64,000 bases of DNA, taken from the NCBI GenBank assembly GCA_040290255.1, contig PSMU01000002.1, positions 32,001 through 96,000 on the forward strand, given 5' to 3'. The translations under genes were made by a program, and so were the position numbers. Below are positions 19,645 to 29,530 of this stretch, piece by piece (the first letter of the stretch is position 1; each line of letters begins with the position of its first letter). This stretch comes from Nitrososphaerota archaeon (lineage in GTDB: Archaea > Thermoproteota > Nitrososphaeria > PSMU01). Below the pieces are notes generated by a model. It did not search any database. It saw nothing but the letters and a program-made list of their open reading frames with translations, and had not been told where the DNA came from.

Positions 19645-19679
19645 GTAGGGATTAATGGTTCATGGAGGGTTTCCTGCAG

Positions 19680-21404
19680 CTAGGCAAGGGCGATGCCCAG
19701 GAGCCTGGAGGCGATCAAGATGACCACGAGGCTCAGCGCGCTCAGCGCGAGTCCATGCTTGAAGCCGTCCGCAAGCGTGCCTCCCGACATCTTGCCGGCC
19801 ACGAGCCCCGCGAGCCAGCCGTCAAGGGTGGCCGCCGCCAGGAAGATGTCGACCGTTTGGGGCGAAACCTTGGGCAGCGAAGCGAGGGCGGCGAGCTCTC
19901 CGCTGACCGAATTGGCCAGCATATAGACCATCAGCAGGGCGGTGATGATCGTCATGAGGCCCGCCATGTACATGACGAAGAGGTAAGGCTTTAGCGAGGC
20001 CCTCTTATCCCGCTCCAGGTCGTTCATCTTCCTCGTGAAGTCGGCCATATCAGAAAAGCTCCTCACCGTGCCGCCGCCCACGTCGATCGTCTCCAGGATG
20101 AGCGTGCCCGCCGCCTTGACCATCCAGCTGTGCACGGCCGATACGAAGGTGTTCAGCACCTTGGAGAGCGGCAGCCCCCAGGAGATCTGCGCGCCCATCT
20201 TCTTCACATATTTGCTCAGCGCCCCATAGCCCCTCTTGGAGGCCCGCGCTATGCCCGCTTCGGGGGCGAGCCCCACCCTCCTCGCCTCGGCTAGGTCCTT
20301 TATAAAGTCGGGCAGCGCCTTCTCCATGCTCTCCCTCTCCCTCTCATAGCGCGCCGCGAGCAAGGCTGGGGGGAGCGAGAGCAGGATGAGCGCCAGGGCC
20401 ACCCTCAGGTACATGTACATGGGCATGGGCAGCAGCAGGAGGAGGATGCCAAGGGGCAGCGAGGCGATGAGGCCCCTGTAGGGCCTTGTGTCGACATAAG
20501 GCTGCTTGATATGTATTTGGTCCAGCAGCCAGATGAAGAGGGCCGAGAAGAGCGGTATGATGACGACGGAGAAGAGGAGAAGGCTCGAGATGCCCTGCGC
20601 GCTGTGCGTGAGCACGGCCTGCACCTCGAAGAGCACGAAGAGCGTCATGCCCAGCAGCGAGCTGAGCGATAGATAGGCCTCGGCGAAGATCCCCACGACC
20701 TCCGAGGCCCTCTTCACCTTGGACCCCCGGGCCTCAAAGATCTCCCTCTGCTTGTTCACCAAGTACGTCACATAGTCCCCGCCGGTGCGCAGCACGGTGG
20801 TGTAGCCATAGAGCACCTCCGAGAAGATCCGGCTCGGACTGTACCTCGCGGCCCTCTCCAGCGCGGTAAGCGGGTCGAGGCCCAAAACGTCGGTGTCCAC
20901 GAGGATCCTCTTTGCCTCCTTCGAGGCGGCCGGGAAGACCCTGTCCATCCTCGCTATTCGCCTCAGGGCAGCAATGGGCGAGACACCTCCCCCCGCGAGC
21001 ACCACCAAGAAGCCCATCACGTAGGCCAGCTCGTTCTCTATCGCGTAGGCCCGGGAGGCCTGGCTGAGCTTTGGAGCTAATAGCACCAACATGAAGCTGG
21101 GCGGCACGGCCACCAGCGAGAGCGCCAGCACCGGGAGGCCTAGGATGATGCCCAGCGCGGTCACCGCCGCGGCTATGGCGCCCACGAGAAGCGCTACGAA
21201 GAGCGCCAAGGACAGGAGCCCCTGCGGGGTAATCCTCAGGTTGGACTTCAGGATGTCCTCCTGCAGGTGGGGAAAGCTCCGGCTGAGCCTCAGCGCGGGC
21301 TTGGCTAAGAGCCTGTACGAGAGGGCCGAGAGCCTATCCAGCGCTCCCAGCGCCTGCGCTCCGGATTTTGTTCTCCTCTCCTGCCGCAGCTGCTGCAGGC
21401 TCAA
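19680..21404 (-). CDS. Type IV pilus platform protein (TadC/ArlJ-like, two T2SSF domains)
   Basis: Two helical repeats with ALERAARYSPS and GAQISWG.PL motifs; directly downstream of the secretion ATPase. Confidence 0.9.
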   Translation of the reverse strand: MSLQQLRQERRTKSGAQALGALDRLSALSYRLLAKPALRLSRSFPHLQEDILKSNLRITPQGLLSLALFVALLVGAIAAAVTALGIILGLPVLALSLVAVPPSFMLVLLAPKLSQASRAYAIENELAYVMGFLVVLAGGGVSPIAALRRIARMDRVFPAASKEAKRILVDTDVLGLDPLTALERAARYSPSRIFSEVLYGYTTVLRTGGDYVTYLVNKQREIFEARGSKVKRASEVVGIFAEAYLSLSSLLGMTLFVLFEVQAVLTHSAQGISSLLLFSVVIIPLFSALFIWLLDQIHIKQPYVDTRPYRGLIASLPLGILLLLLPMPMYMYLRVALALILLSLPPALLAARYERERESMEKALPDFIKDLAEARRVGLAPEAGIARASKRGYGALSKYVKKMGAQISWGLPLSKVLNTFVSAVHSWMVKAAGTLILETIDVGGGTVRSFSDMADFTRKMNDLERDKRASLKPYLFVMYMAGLMTIITALLMVYMLANSVSGELAALASLPKVSPQTVDIFLAAATLDGWLAGLVAGKMSGGTLADGFKHGLALSALSLVVILIASRLLGIALA

Positions 21405-23086
21405 GCGACGGCCTCAACCCTCTCGAAGCTGCCCAGCATCAGCTCCCTCTGCGCCCTTTGGTAGACCTCCTGGGGCCTATCGATGTACTCGGCCAGCAGC
21501 GAGGAGAGGTCCCTGAAGTTCCTTATGCCCTTGTTCTGGATCCACCTCAGGATGAGCGCCCTCCTCTCTATCTCCTGCACGAGCTCCTCCACCTTAACGC
21601 CCAGCTGCGCGGCCAGCCTCGGCAGCTTCTTGCTCGTGGTGGCCAGGGGCATCTCCTCATACCTATCGCCCACGGGATCCCAGCGGAAGACTTGCGTGTA
21701 GCTGCCCACGCCCAGCACCTCATCCACCGAGAGCACCCTCCTCACCATCCTGAACCCGCCGGCCTGCTGGGGCAGGGAGACCCTGCTCACCGTAACGACC
21801 AGGTCCAAGAAGGGTATGAAGGAGGGGGGCACGTCCATGGGCTTCGAGGTGAGCCTCTGAATGGCCGAGGCAGCATCATCGGCGTGGAGCGAGCAGAGCC
21901 CGCCGTGGCCCGTGCTGATGGCCTGAAAGAGCACATAGGCCTCCTCGCCCCTCACCTCGCCCACCACGATGATATCCGGCCTCATCCTCATCGCGGCCTT
22001 CACGAGGTCGAAGAGCCCTATCTCCTTCGCCCCTTCCTCCATCTTGGCATAGCTCTCCCTGCTCACCAGCGCGGTCCAGTTGGGATGGGCTATGTTGATC
22101 TCCTGCACCTCCTCGATGGTCACTATCTTATTGGTGAGCTTGGTGAGCGTGAGAAGGGCGTTGAGCATCGTCGTCTTGCCCGCGCCCGTGGAGCCCACGA
22201 CGATGGCCGTGGCCCTGTTCTGCATCATCAGCCAGAGGTAGGCGGCGAGCTTGTGGCTTACTACGTTCATGTTGAGCATGTCGATGATCGTTATGGGGTC
22301 CTCCCTGAACTTCCTTATCGTGAACGTCGCGCCATAGGGTGATACCTCCCTCTTGAAGGTGGCTATGAGCCTATGCCTGCCGGGCAGCGTGCCCTGGACC
22401 ACGGGGAAGGCCGTGGAGACGTGCTTGCCGGCCAGGTGGCAGAGCCTCGAGATCATGTCATCCAGCTGCGCCTCGTCGGTGAAGGAGATGTTCGTCTCCA
22501 AGTTCTCGTATCTCCTATGGTAGACGAAGAGCGGCCTGCTCAGCGCGTTGAGCGAAATATCTTCGATGAAGGGGTCGTGCATGATGCCCTCGAGGATGCC
22601 GAAGCCCGCCAGGTCCCTCTTCAGATAATACAGGATCTTCGACCAGGAGATGCTGCTGGCCCTTATGCCGTACTTGTAGGCTATCCTGCGCACCTGCTCG
22701 GCAAGGTATTTGGCCGGCTCGAGGGAATCCTTGGGGACGCTGAGCTCGCTCTCCAGCATGCCCAGCAGCCTGGAGAAGATGGCCGCCTCCTGCTCGCTGA
22801 GCGCGACCTCATCGAGATAATACCTGCGTATGCCCGTGGCGGGATCCTCGACGATGGCCGCATATGCAAAGGGCGGCACGAGCGCATACCTCTCCACCAC
22901 CTTCCAGGAGGGGGGGATTGGCAGGCCGGTGAAGGGGCCCGTGGGCTTCGCCGATGTGCTAATGGCCGCCTTGCCTGCGCCCTTCTTGCCGAAGAGGCCG
23001 CCTAATGCTACCTTAAGCAGCGCCAGCTTTACGCCGTTAAGGCGCCAGGCCCCTGCGGATTCCAGGCCATCTTGCGGGTGCCTCAT
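21401..23086 (-). CDS. Type II/IV secretion ATPase (ArlI/TadA/VirB11-like)
   Basis: TIRKF, Walker A GSTGAGKTT, TIEEVQE, RMRPDIIVVGEVRG, His box TGHGGLCSLHA. Confidence 0.95.
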   Translation of the reverse strand: MRHPQDGLESAGAWRLNGVKLALLKVALGGLFGKKGAGKAAISTSAKPTGPFTGLPIPPSWKVVERYALVPPFAYAAIVEDPATGIRRYYLDEVALSEQEAAIFSRLLGMLESELSVPKDSLEPAKYLAEQVRRIAYKYGIRASSISWSKILYYLKRDLAGFGILEGIMHDPFIEDISLNALSRPLFVYHRRYENLETNISFTDEAQLDDMISRLCHLAGKHVSTAFPVVQGTLPGRHRLIATFKREVSPYGATFTIRKFREDPITIIDMLNMNVVSHKLAAYLWLMMQNRATAIVVGSTGAGKTTMLNALLTLTKLTNKIVTIEEVQEINIAHPNWTALVSRESYAKMEEGAKEIGLFDLVKAAMRMRPDIIVVGEVRGEEAYVLFQAISTGHGGLCSLHADDAASAIQRLTSKPMDVPPSFIPFLDLVVTVSRVSLPQQAGGFRMVRRVLSVDEVLGVGSYTQVFRWDPVGDRYEEMPLATTSKKLPRLAAQLGVKVEELVQEIERRALILRWIQNKGIRNFRDLSSLLAEYIDRPQEVYQRAQRELMLGSFERVEAVA

Positions 23087-24159
23087 GGCCAGTAGAAGAG
23101 CGTTGAGAGGAACGGAATGCTTTGCCCGTAATTGCTCTGCGTGGGCGAGCAGGTGCCCGTGGAGCCCCTACAGCCGTGAGTGACTATAAAGGAGAAGGTT
23201 GTAGTGTTGGCGGTAATGCTGCCTAGAGATGTGGGTTGGGGGCTGGTTGTGCTTTCCCTGGTTGGGCTTTCCCAGACAAAGATGAGCCTCACCGGCTGGC
23301 CATAGTAGAGGGTCTGCGATGTGAAGGGATACAGGCGGCCGTTTGAGTCGTAGCTAGCTATATACCAGTAGGCGGTGGGCTGGTTGCCACAGCCGCTGAT
23401 GCAGGGCACAAATTCAACGAGGTAACTATACTTGTCAAGGGTTATAGGTTCCTGCTGCGGGTTTAAGTTAGTGACGTTAACGCCAAATGCTATAAAGGCC
23501 GGGCTTTTTAGGCTTTGCCAGAAGGTCCTTATCGAGAAGGCCGGTTTTCCCGCGCTCAGGCCTCCGCTGAGTTGCCAGCAGTCGCTGCCGCAGTTCGTCA
23601 CATTATACCATACGAACGAATTGAACTGGAGGTAAAGGTCGCCGAAGGCGCCTGAGGTAAGGGCCTGAAGCGCTAGGCTGGCCGGCGAGCCGGAGTAGGG
23701 ATAAGTGGCCACAAAGGCGGAACCCCTGGAGCTGAGCGCCCTTATTACGTACGTGCCCGAGCCCGGATAGCGCACCTTCGTATCGATCTTAGTGCTGTTA
23801 GCGCCGGCATTCACGAGAATGGGCAGGGGAGGGCTGGTGGCCGTGCCCGTGAGCACGCTAATGGCGCCGTTAGGAGCTATCAGGAAGACGGCCGTGATGT
23901 TGACGGCCACGCTGCCCATGTTAGAGATGACGAAGCTTATGTTGCCGTTGTCAAGGCCCGTGGTGAGCTGGGCCTGCTCCAGCAACCTATTCTGCTGGAA
24001 GTTATAGCGCTCGCTCAGCGCCTTCGTGTAGAGCTGGTTGTTCAGGTTCACGTAGAGGAAGTACGTGGTGCCCACGGTGAAGAGCATGGCGAAGAGGATT
24101 ATCGCGGCCATGATGCCGGCGATCGCCTTCCTGGCATGAGGAGCGATCACTGGCCTCAC
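23083..24159 (-). CDS. Large minor pilin/adhesin with class III signal peptide
   Basis: ARKA|IAGIMAAIILFAML, pilin-like SNMGSVAVNITAV, Ser/Thr/Asn-rich C-terminal domain with Cys pairs. Confidence 0.8.
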   Translation of the reverse strand: MRPVIAPHARKAIAGIMAAIILFAMLFTVGTTYFLYVNLNNQLYTKALSERYNFQQNRLLEQAQLTTGLDNGNISFVISNMGSVAVNITAVFLIAPNGAISVLTGTATSPPLPILVNAGANSTKIDTKVRYPGSGTYVIRALSSRGSAFVATYPYSGSPASLALQALTSGAFGDLYLQFNSFVWYNVTNCGSDCWQLSGGLSAGKPAFSIRTFWQSLKSPAFIAFGVNVTNLNPQQEPITLDKYSYLVEFVPCISGCGNQPTAYWYIASYDSNGRLYPFTSQTLYYGQPVRLIFVWESPTRESTTSPQPTSLGSITANTTTFSFIVTHGCRGSTGTCSPTQSNYGQSIPFLSTLFYWP

Positions 24160-24746
24160 CTCGCCTGAGCATACTGCGCGGCATTACCGTACAGGGCCAT
24201 CACGCTAAAGGTGTAGGCCGAGCCGGTAGAGAACTTCAGCTGCGTGGGCGTGGAGCGTATAAGGCATACGGGCAGCGTCAGCGTGAGCTTGGCCAGGCTG
24301 CCCTTGGGAAAGGAGGCCTGTTGGGGGCTGGGGCTCAGCGGGTTGTAAAGCTGGGGCGATTCCAGGAGCGCGGCGCTTGAGTTGGTGCAGCTGGTGCCCC
24401 CGATGCTGATGGAGACGGTGGTAGCGTTGTAGAGCGCGAAGAGCGTTCCGTTGTAGATCTGGACCGATGTGGGCATGAGCGCTATGTTTCCCGTGTTGTA
24501 GAGCCAGAGCGTGACGCTCTTCGAGTCGGAGGAGTAGTTCACATAGGCGATGACGAACCTCTCCGCCAGGTAGTTCACGGTGCTCCCGAAGGCCGTGCCC
24601 AGGAGCTGCTCCGCCACGCCCGATTGGGCATTTACGTAGGAGAAGACGGCAAAGCCCGCGATGAGCGTTATCGATAGGGCGATGAGCGAGGCCATGACTT
24701 CCGAGATCCCGGGCCTATGGTGGGCTCGGTGCCTAGGGCGAGGCAC
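24156..24746 (-). CDS. Archaeal type IV pilin
   Basis: RPG|ISEVMASLIALSITL, ERF, LYNTGN, YGN; GTG 24746 lies 21 nt from a TATA box. Confidence 0.85.
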   Translation of the reverse strand: MPRPRHRAHHRPGISEVMASLIALSITLIAGFAVFSYVNAQSGVAEQLLGTAFGSTVNYLAERFVIAYVNYSSDSKSVTLWLYNTGNIALMPTSVQIYNGTLFALYNATTVSISIGGTSCTNSSAALLESPQLYNPLSPSPQQASFPKGSLAKLTLTLPVCLIRSTPTQLKFSTGSAYTFSVMALYGNAAQYAQAR

Positions 24747-24766
24747 GGGCGCGAGGCCCTTTCCGC

Positions 24767-24784
24767 TTAAATATCGCTTATGAA
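24767..24784 (-). promoter_or_regulatory. Promoter of the pilus operon with shared TTCATAA element
   Basis: Minus strand TTCATAAGCGATATTTAA; same TTCATAA-to-TATA spacing as at 25761 and 29531. Confidence 0.55.
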
Positions 24785-24832
24785 GCGGGGGTATAGAGCT
24801 GCCGTTCATCTGCGCAGGCTTTTAACCGCGCC

Positions 24833-25261
24833 TTGGCAGGCCACGCCGTGGGCTCGCCTGGGGGCGAGAGGCAGGTGCCCAAGTTCCTGGCCAGCATAGA
24901 TTTCGGCTCGCTCAATCGCCGCCTCTGGCGCCTGCTGATGGTTTTTGTGCTGCTCAACTTCGCGGATGTTGCGATAACGCTCCTAGCGCTGCGCTCGGGC
25001 CACTTTGTGGAGCTCAACCCCCTCGCCTCCCAGCTCTTCAGCCGGCGCATGCCGGGCTTCCTGCTGGCGCTGCTGCTGAAGTACATGCCCTTGGCGCCGA
25101 TGCTCTACGCGTGCAGCCTGGATCCCGAGCACGATGGCCGACAACGGCAGGTGAGGGCGATTAAGCTGGGCACGTTCGCGGCCCTCTTCGCGGCGAACTC
25201 TTACTTGATGGGGCTGCTGGCCTTCAACGCATATAACCTGCTGAGCCTGCAGTTCTCATAA
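24833..25261 (+). CDS. Small membrane protein (DUF5658-like)
   Basis: LLNFADVAIT...G.FVELNPL motif, 3-4 TM helices. Confidence 0.7.
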   Translation: MAGHAVGSPGGERQVPKFLASIDFGSLNRRLWRLLMVFVLLNFADVAITLLALRSGHFVELNPLASQLFSRRMPGFLLALLLKYMPLAPMLYACSLDPEHDGRQRQVRAIKLGTFAALFAANSYLMGLLAFNAYNLLSLQFS

Positions 25262-25277
25262 AAAAAGAAAGGTCGGC

Positions 25278-25739
25278 TTATCGGAAGGTGCCTGAGAAGG
25301 GCACCTGAGCGCCGTTGCTCAAGGATACGATGCCGCTGAACTGGGAGCCGGGCGTTGGTGGAGGGTTGAGGGAACCGCTCAGCTGGATATAGAGCTGCCC
25401 TCCTGCCGGCACCGTGCAGGTCGCTGGATCAGCATCAGCAGTAACGCCGCCCAGCGTCACAGCTATGACTGATACGTTAGATGTTCCGCTGTTCCTTAGC
25501 AGGAGATATGAGCCACTGGGGGCAGTAGCACACGTCGCATCCAACGAGCGACCAGAGCTGAAGTCGGCCGCGCGAAGCACTGCCTGCACCACGGTGACCT
25601 GGGGCGTGCTGGTGAAGCCGCTGAAGAGCCCGAAGACGAAGCCCGCTATCGCGACGGCAGCTATCAGGGTGATGGCGATGAGGATGACCGTGGCGATGAC
25701 CGGCGATACGGCCCTTCTCTTGCTCATCCTTGGCCGCAT
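25278..25739 (-). CDS. Major archaeal type IV pilin (Pilin_N/DUF1628-like)
   Basis: KRRA|VSPVIATVILIAITLIAAV, LRNSGT; own promoter and oligo-T terminator (25260-25270). Confidence 0.92.
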   Translation of the reverse strand: MRPRMSKRRAVSPVIATVILIAITLIAAVAIAGFVFGLFSGFTSTPQVTVVQAVLRAADFSSGRSLDATCATAPSGSYLLLRNSGTSNVSVIAVTLGGVTADADPATCTVPAGGQLYIQLSGSLNPPPTPGSQFSGIVSLSNGAQVPFSGTFR

Positions 25740-25760
25740 TGCGCGCTTGGCCGGCGCATT

Positions 25761-25790
25761 TTATTTAATCGTTATGAACCACTGCTCCAC
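25761..25790 (-). promoter_or_regulatory. Conserved promoter box, copy 1 (major pilin)
   Basis: 24/30 nt identical to 29531-29560; includes TTAAATAA TATA 22 nt from the ATG. Confidence 0.7.
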
Positions 25791-25853
25791 TTCAGAAATA
25801 TAAATGGATTCATAGTCCATAAAGTCTATTAAAATAGTTCGGAGCCCGAGCTC

Positions 25854-26351
25854 ATGGCCGAGGAGAAGGAGGGAGCGCTGTCAGGCCTTATAAGCGAGCT
25901 GGAGGAGCTGCAGAGCGAGTTCTCCCAGCTCTCCGAGCTTGCGGAGCTCGAGAGGAGCTATGCGCTGAGGGTGGTGGAGGCCCTTAAGGCGATACAGACC
26001 GAGGTGGACGTAGCTATAAGGCTCGATCCTGAGGCGCTGCGGGGGTATAAGGGGTCCGTGCGTGAAGTGTATCTGCTGCCCGAGGCCGTGCTCATGCTGG
26101 CCTATGAAGGAGGAGGAAGCGAGAGCAGGCCCCTCTCCAAGTTCCCCAGCGAGGTGGTGCTCTCCGTGCTTCAGGCAGCGGCGCCCGAGCTCAGGAAGCA
26201 GATCTCACAGAGGAGGAGGCAGGTGGGGGCCCGCGTGCACCTGTTCGAGAGGATCCTGAAGGGCCTGAAGAGGGCCGAGGCGCTCCTGGCCCATGAGGAG
26301 GCCGAGGAGGAGGGGACCGATGCCGTGCGCGCCGCGCTGGAGAGCGCGTAG
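25854..26351 (+). CDS. Hypothetical coiled-coil protein
   Basis: Glu/Leu heptad-rich termini; TATA-like TATTAAAA upstream. Confidence 0.75.
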   Translation: MAEEKEGALSGLISELEELQSEFSQLSELAELERSYALRVVEALKAIQTEVDVAIRLDPEALRGYKGSVREVYLLPEAVLMLAYEGGGSESRPLSKFPSEVVLSVLQAAAPELRKQISQRRRQVGARVHLFERILKGLKRAEALLAHEEAEEEGTDAVRAALESA

Positions 26352-26353
26352 CC

Positions 26354-26812
26354 ATGCAGCAGGAGCAGGCGGGCAGCGGGCTGCTGAAGTTCTATTCTAG
26401 GGAGGCGCTCAAGGCCTATCTGAGAAAGCTGATGGAGAGCTACAGGGCGGGCATAGAGGCCTATGCGGAGCAGCTGGGCCCCCTCTTCAGGGATGAGGCC
26501 CAGGCCAAGCAGGCGCGCGCGGCGTCAAGGGGATGGATGAGGCTGGGCCCCCTTCTCTACAACGCCAGCGAGACCGATAGGGCCGTTGCCGAGGTGATGC
26601 TGCAGCTGATGGAGGAGCTCAAGGCTAAGCTGGCCAGGACCGAGGAGGCGCTCAGGGCCCTGGAGGACCCCGCGAACACCGCCCTTCCGGAGAGGGGGCA
26701 CTTCCTGCTCTGTATGAGACAGGGCGTGCCCGAGAGGCTCATCCTGGATATGCGGGAGAGGCAGGTGGAGCCCTTCGCCTTTGCCGCGAGCTTTAGGCTC
26801 GTCGAGGCCTAG
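26354..26812 (+). CDS. Hypothetical protein with coiled-coil segments
   Basis: 2 bp after the previous ORF; helical charged composition. Confidence 0.75.
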   Translation: MQQEQAGSGLLKFYSREALKAYLRKLMESYRAGIEAYAEQLGPLFRDEAQAKQARAASRGWMRLGPLLYNASETDRAVAEVMLQLMEELKAKLARTEEALRALEDPANTALPERGHFLLCMRQGVPERLILDMRERQVEPFAFAASFRLVEA

Positions 26813-28494
26813 AAGAGCGAGGAGAGCTGGAAGTAGGACTTCACGAAGTACTTCATCAGCTGGTAGGGCTCCTGTAGGGGACAGTTAATCAAGAAGTAGT
26901 TCTCAAGCCTCCTGCTCGCGATGCCGATGCCCAGCAGCAGCAGGCCCATCTTGCCCGCCTTCTTGAGCGAGGCCTCGAGCCTCTGCTCTATGCCCTCATA
27001 GCCCACCGCATACCCATCGGAGGCTACGACCAAGATGCGCGCTTCAGCCGGCCTTGCGGCCAGGGCCCTTGAGCAGACCTCTATGGCATCGGGCAGGAGC
27101 GTGGAGCTGCCCTGCGTAAGCCCGCCTATCCTGGCCCTGCTCTCCAGGTCATATTCTTCATCGAAGTCCTTCAGCACGAGCAGGCTGCTGTTGAAGGCAT
27201 AGAGCGCCCAGCGGTCGCTCGAGGGCATCACATCCTGGGCCACCTCCGCCAGGCAGGTGGCGATGCCCCTCACCTCCTGCGCCAAAGGGGCGAGGCTCTT
27301 GCTCGCGTCCAGCAGGATGGCCCAGGCCTCGTCCTTCCTCAGGGGCTCCTGCCACGTAAAGAATTCCTTCTTGGGCTTTTGCGAGGCCAGGGCCTGCACG
27401 GCCCTCTGCAGGTCCACATGCCCCTCCTCCACCACCTCCCTCTCCTCGAGCGCGCTCCTGATCTGCTTCAGCTGCTCCCTGATCGTCCTTATGGGCCCCG
27501 CCAGCGAGGACCTTGTCCGCAAATACATGGCATAATCGCTCCTGGGGAAGCTGAGCCCCTGCAGCCTCGTGGGCAGCAGAAGCGGGCTATACCGGCGCCT
27601 TATGGCCTCCCTCCTCTCCTGCCTAGCTTGCAGCGTCAAGAAGAACTCCCGGGCCTCCAGCTCCTGCCTCGTGGCCTCCTCCTGGCCTGGAGGGATGAGG
27701 CGTAGGGCGTCGTAGGCGGAGAGCAGCAGGGCATGCCCGTTCTTGTCCTTCTCGACCAGCTTATCCTCGAAGAGCGTGCAGGGCCCATGCTCCTCCGTAT
27801 GAGGAAGAAAGGGCACCTCCCTGAGCCTTCCCCTCTTGCCCAGCGCATTATACACGAGCTGCGCCGCCTGCTGAAGGCATGAGGGCACATCCTCATCCTC
27901 CAGGCTCAGCTGTACAAGCCTCCTCACCGCTTCGGCCAGCCCCCGCACCTCCCCGTCCGGCTTAGCCCCCTGGGAGGGCGAAAGCACGCCCCAGAGTTCG
28001 AGAAGGAGAGAGAGCGCAAAGGCATGGGGCTCATCGAGCTCCTGCAGGTCCCTGGCCCTCAGGCCCGCTATGTAATTGGCGTAGGCGATGTCCTCCAGGA
28101 TGCCTCCCCATCTCGTCGTCCCCAGCAGCGTGACCCTGTAATCCTCGACGAGCGAGGCGCAGAAGGTGGCCGCGTTGGGCTCCTTTCCCCTGGCCCACCT
28201 TACATAGAGCGAGAAGTCGGAGAAGGCGGCGTGCAGCGAGAGGTGATAAAGCGAGGCCTTGAAGAGGCGCCAGATCTGGGGCCAGGAGGCCTCATCGGCG
28301 TCAAAATACAGCCCGTGCAGCGCGTACAGGTCCGAGCCCTCGTCCTTCGGAAGGGGCAGGAGCAGCACGAAGCCCCTCTTATCCTGGCCCAGCCTCGGAT
28401 ATGTGAGCTGCTCATCCAGCACGACGCGCAGGGCCTGATGGTCCTTGCCCGCGATCGCGCTGGCGGTGGACCAGCAGAACTCCAGAGGGTTCAA
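26809..28494 (-). CDS. vWA (MIDAS) domain protein, NorD/CbbO/CobT-like partner
   Basis: ILLDASKS (DxSxS), GSSTLL, VASDG; N-terminal HLSLH...VED segment; overlaps the AAA gene stop. Confidence 0.88.
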   Translation of the reverse strand: MNPLEFCWSTASAIAGKDHQALRVVLDEQLTYPRLGQDKRGFVLLLPLPKDEGSDLYALHGLYFDADEASWPQIWRLFKASLYHLSLHAAFSDFSLYVRWARGKEPNAATFCASLVEDYRVTLLGTTRWGGILEDIAYANYIAGLRARDLQELDEPHAFALSLLLELWGVLSPSQGAKPDGEVRGLAEAVRRLVQLSLEDEDVPSCLQQAAQLVYNALGKRGRLREVPFLPHTEEHGPCTLFEDKLVEKDKNGHALLLSAYDALRLIPPGQEEATRQELEAREFFLTLQARQERREAIRRRYSPLLLPTRLQGLSFPRSDYAMYLRTRSSLAGPIRTIREQLKQIRSALEEREVVEEGHVDLQRAVQALASQKPKKEFFTWQEPLRKDEAWAILLDASKSLAPLAQEVRGIATCLAEVAQDVMPSSDRWALYAFNSSLLVLKDFDEEYDLESRARIGGLTQGSSTLLPDAIEVCSRALAARPAEARILVVASDGYAVGYEGIEQRLEASLKKAGKMGLLLLGIGIASRRLENYFLINCPLQEPYQLMKYFVKSYFQLSSLF

Positions 28495-29510
28495 GCCTTA
28501 CGGACCCTTTTCTCCTCGCCGAAGGCCATCTGCACGAGCGTGCGCACCACGGCCTGCACATCGGGGTCATCGGATATGAGCGAGATGATCGTCTCCTCCG
28601 CCGCCTGCAAGGGGCTCAACCCATCGTAGACCAACGTGGCCCAGTTTATGAGGTCGGCCACGCTGGGCGCATAGGGCAGCTCGCCCGCCTTGTACCTCCT
28701 CCTGATCTCAGCCGCGACCCTCACCATCCTCTCCGAGACCTCCCCGGGCACCCTTCCCCTCGAGCTGACGAGCTCTATCTCCTTCTGCGAAATCCTGGAG
28801 CCGGAGCTCAGGTAATCGAAGTCTATCCAGACGCTCATCCTCCTCCTGAAGGCGGCGTTGAGCGGCTTGGTGCCCACGAACTCAAGGCTATAGGGGTTCA
28901 TGCTGATGATCATGTAGCCATAGGGGTGCCTGGGTATGATCTCGTTATCCTTCTCGGTCAGCACCAAGTGCCCCCTGGTGTCGAGCACGGGGTTAAGGCG
29001 GGTCGCTATGTCCTGCTTCATCATATTCGCCTCATCCAAGTAAAGTATCCCGCCATGCCTGCACCAGGAGACGATCTGGCCATCGACCCAGTTCTCCTTG
29101 CCCAGGCCCAGGAATCTGCCGAAGAGGTCATAGACTGAGGTCTGAAGGCTGCAGTTGATCTCCCAAAGGGGGAGGCCAGCGAGCTCGGCCACCAGATAGA
29201 CCACATGCGTCTTGCCCGTGCCGCTGGGGCCCACGAGCGCGCACTGCTTGAAGTAGTAGAGCGCCCTCATCACCCTCTCCACATACCTCTCGCCCTCATC
29301 CACGAACTCGGGCACGTTCTTGGGGATCAGGCTCGCGAACTTCTCGGGCACCGTATAGCCCTCGGAGAGGTCGTACTTCGTTACTCCGTACTTGCTGAGC
29401 AGCTGCAGCTGCCTGCTCTTCGCAAGCACGGAGAAGCGAACGGAAAGGCTGGCGCTCGGCCCCTTCAGCTGAACGGACTTCACGGTTGGGGTCTCTCGGC
29501 CGGCCGCCAC
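28491..29510 (-). CDS. MoxR-class AAA+ ATPase (CbbQ/NirQ/NorQ/GvpN subfamily)
   Basis: GPSGTGKT, WVDG, LYLDEAN, SMNP, LNAAFRRR; start GTG 29510 or TTG 29516. Confidence 0.92.
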   Translation of the reverse strand: MAAGRETPTVKSVQLKGPSASLSVRFSVLAKSRQLQLLSKYGVTKYDLSEGYTVPEKFASLIPKNVPEFVDEGERYVERVMRALYYFKQCALVGPSGTGKTHVVYLVAELAGLPLWEINCSLQTSVYDLFGRFLGLGKENWVDGQIVSWCRHGGILYLDEANMMKQDIATRLNPVLDTRGHLVLTEKDNEIIPRHPYGYMIISMNPYSLEFVGTKPLNAAFRRRMSVWIDFDYLSSGSRISQKEIELVSSRGRVPGEVSERMVRVAAEIRRRYKAGELPYAPSVADLINWATLVYDGLSPLQAAEETIISLISDDPDVQAVVRTLVQMAFGEEKRVRKA

Positions 29511-29530
29511 GAGCAATTGGCCATGTCTTA

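Noticed and set aside
19680-25739. Archaellum operon
   Set aside because: No ArlH/F/G or chemotaxis genes, and the subunits have pilin-type rather than archaellin-type N-termini.
17581-29516. Nitric-oxide reductase module (NnrS-like plus NorQ/NorD-like)
   Set aside because: No norB/norC in the window; the AAA/vWA promoter matches the pilin promoter instead.
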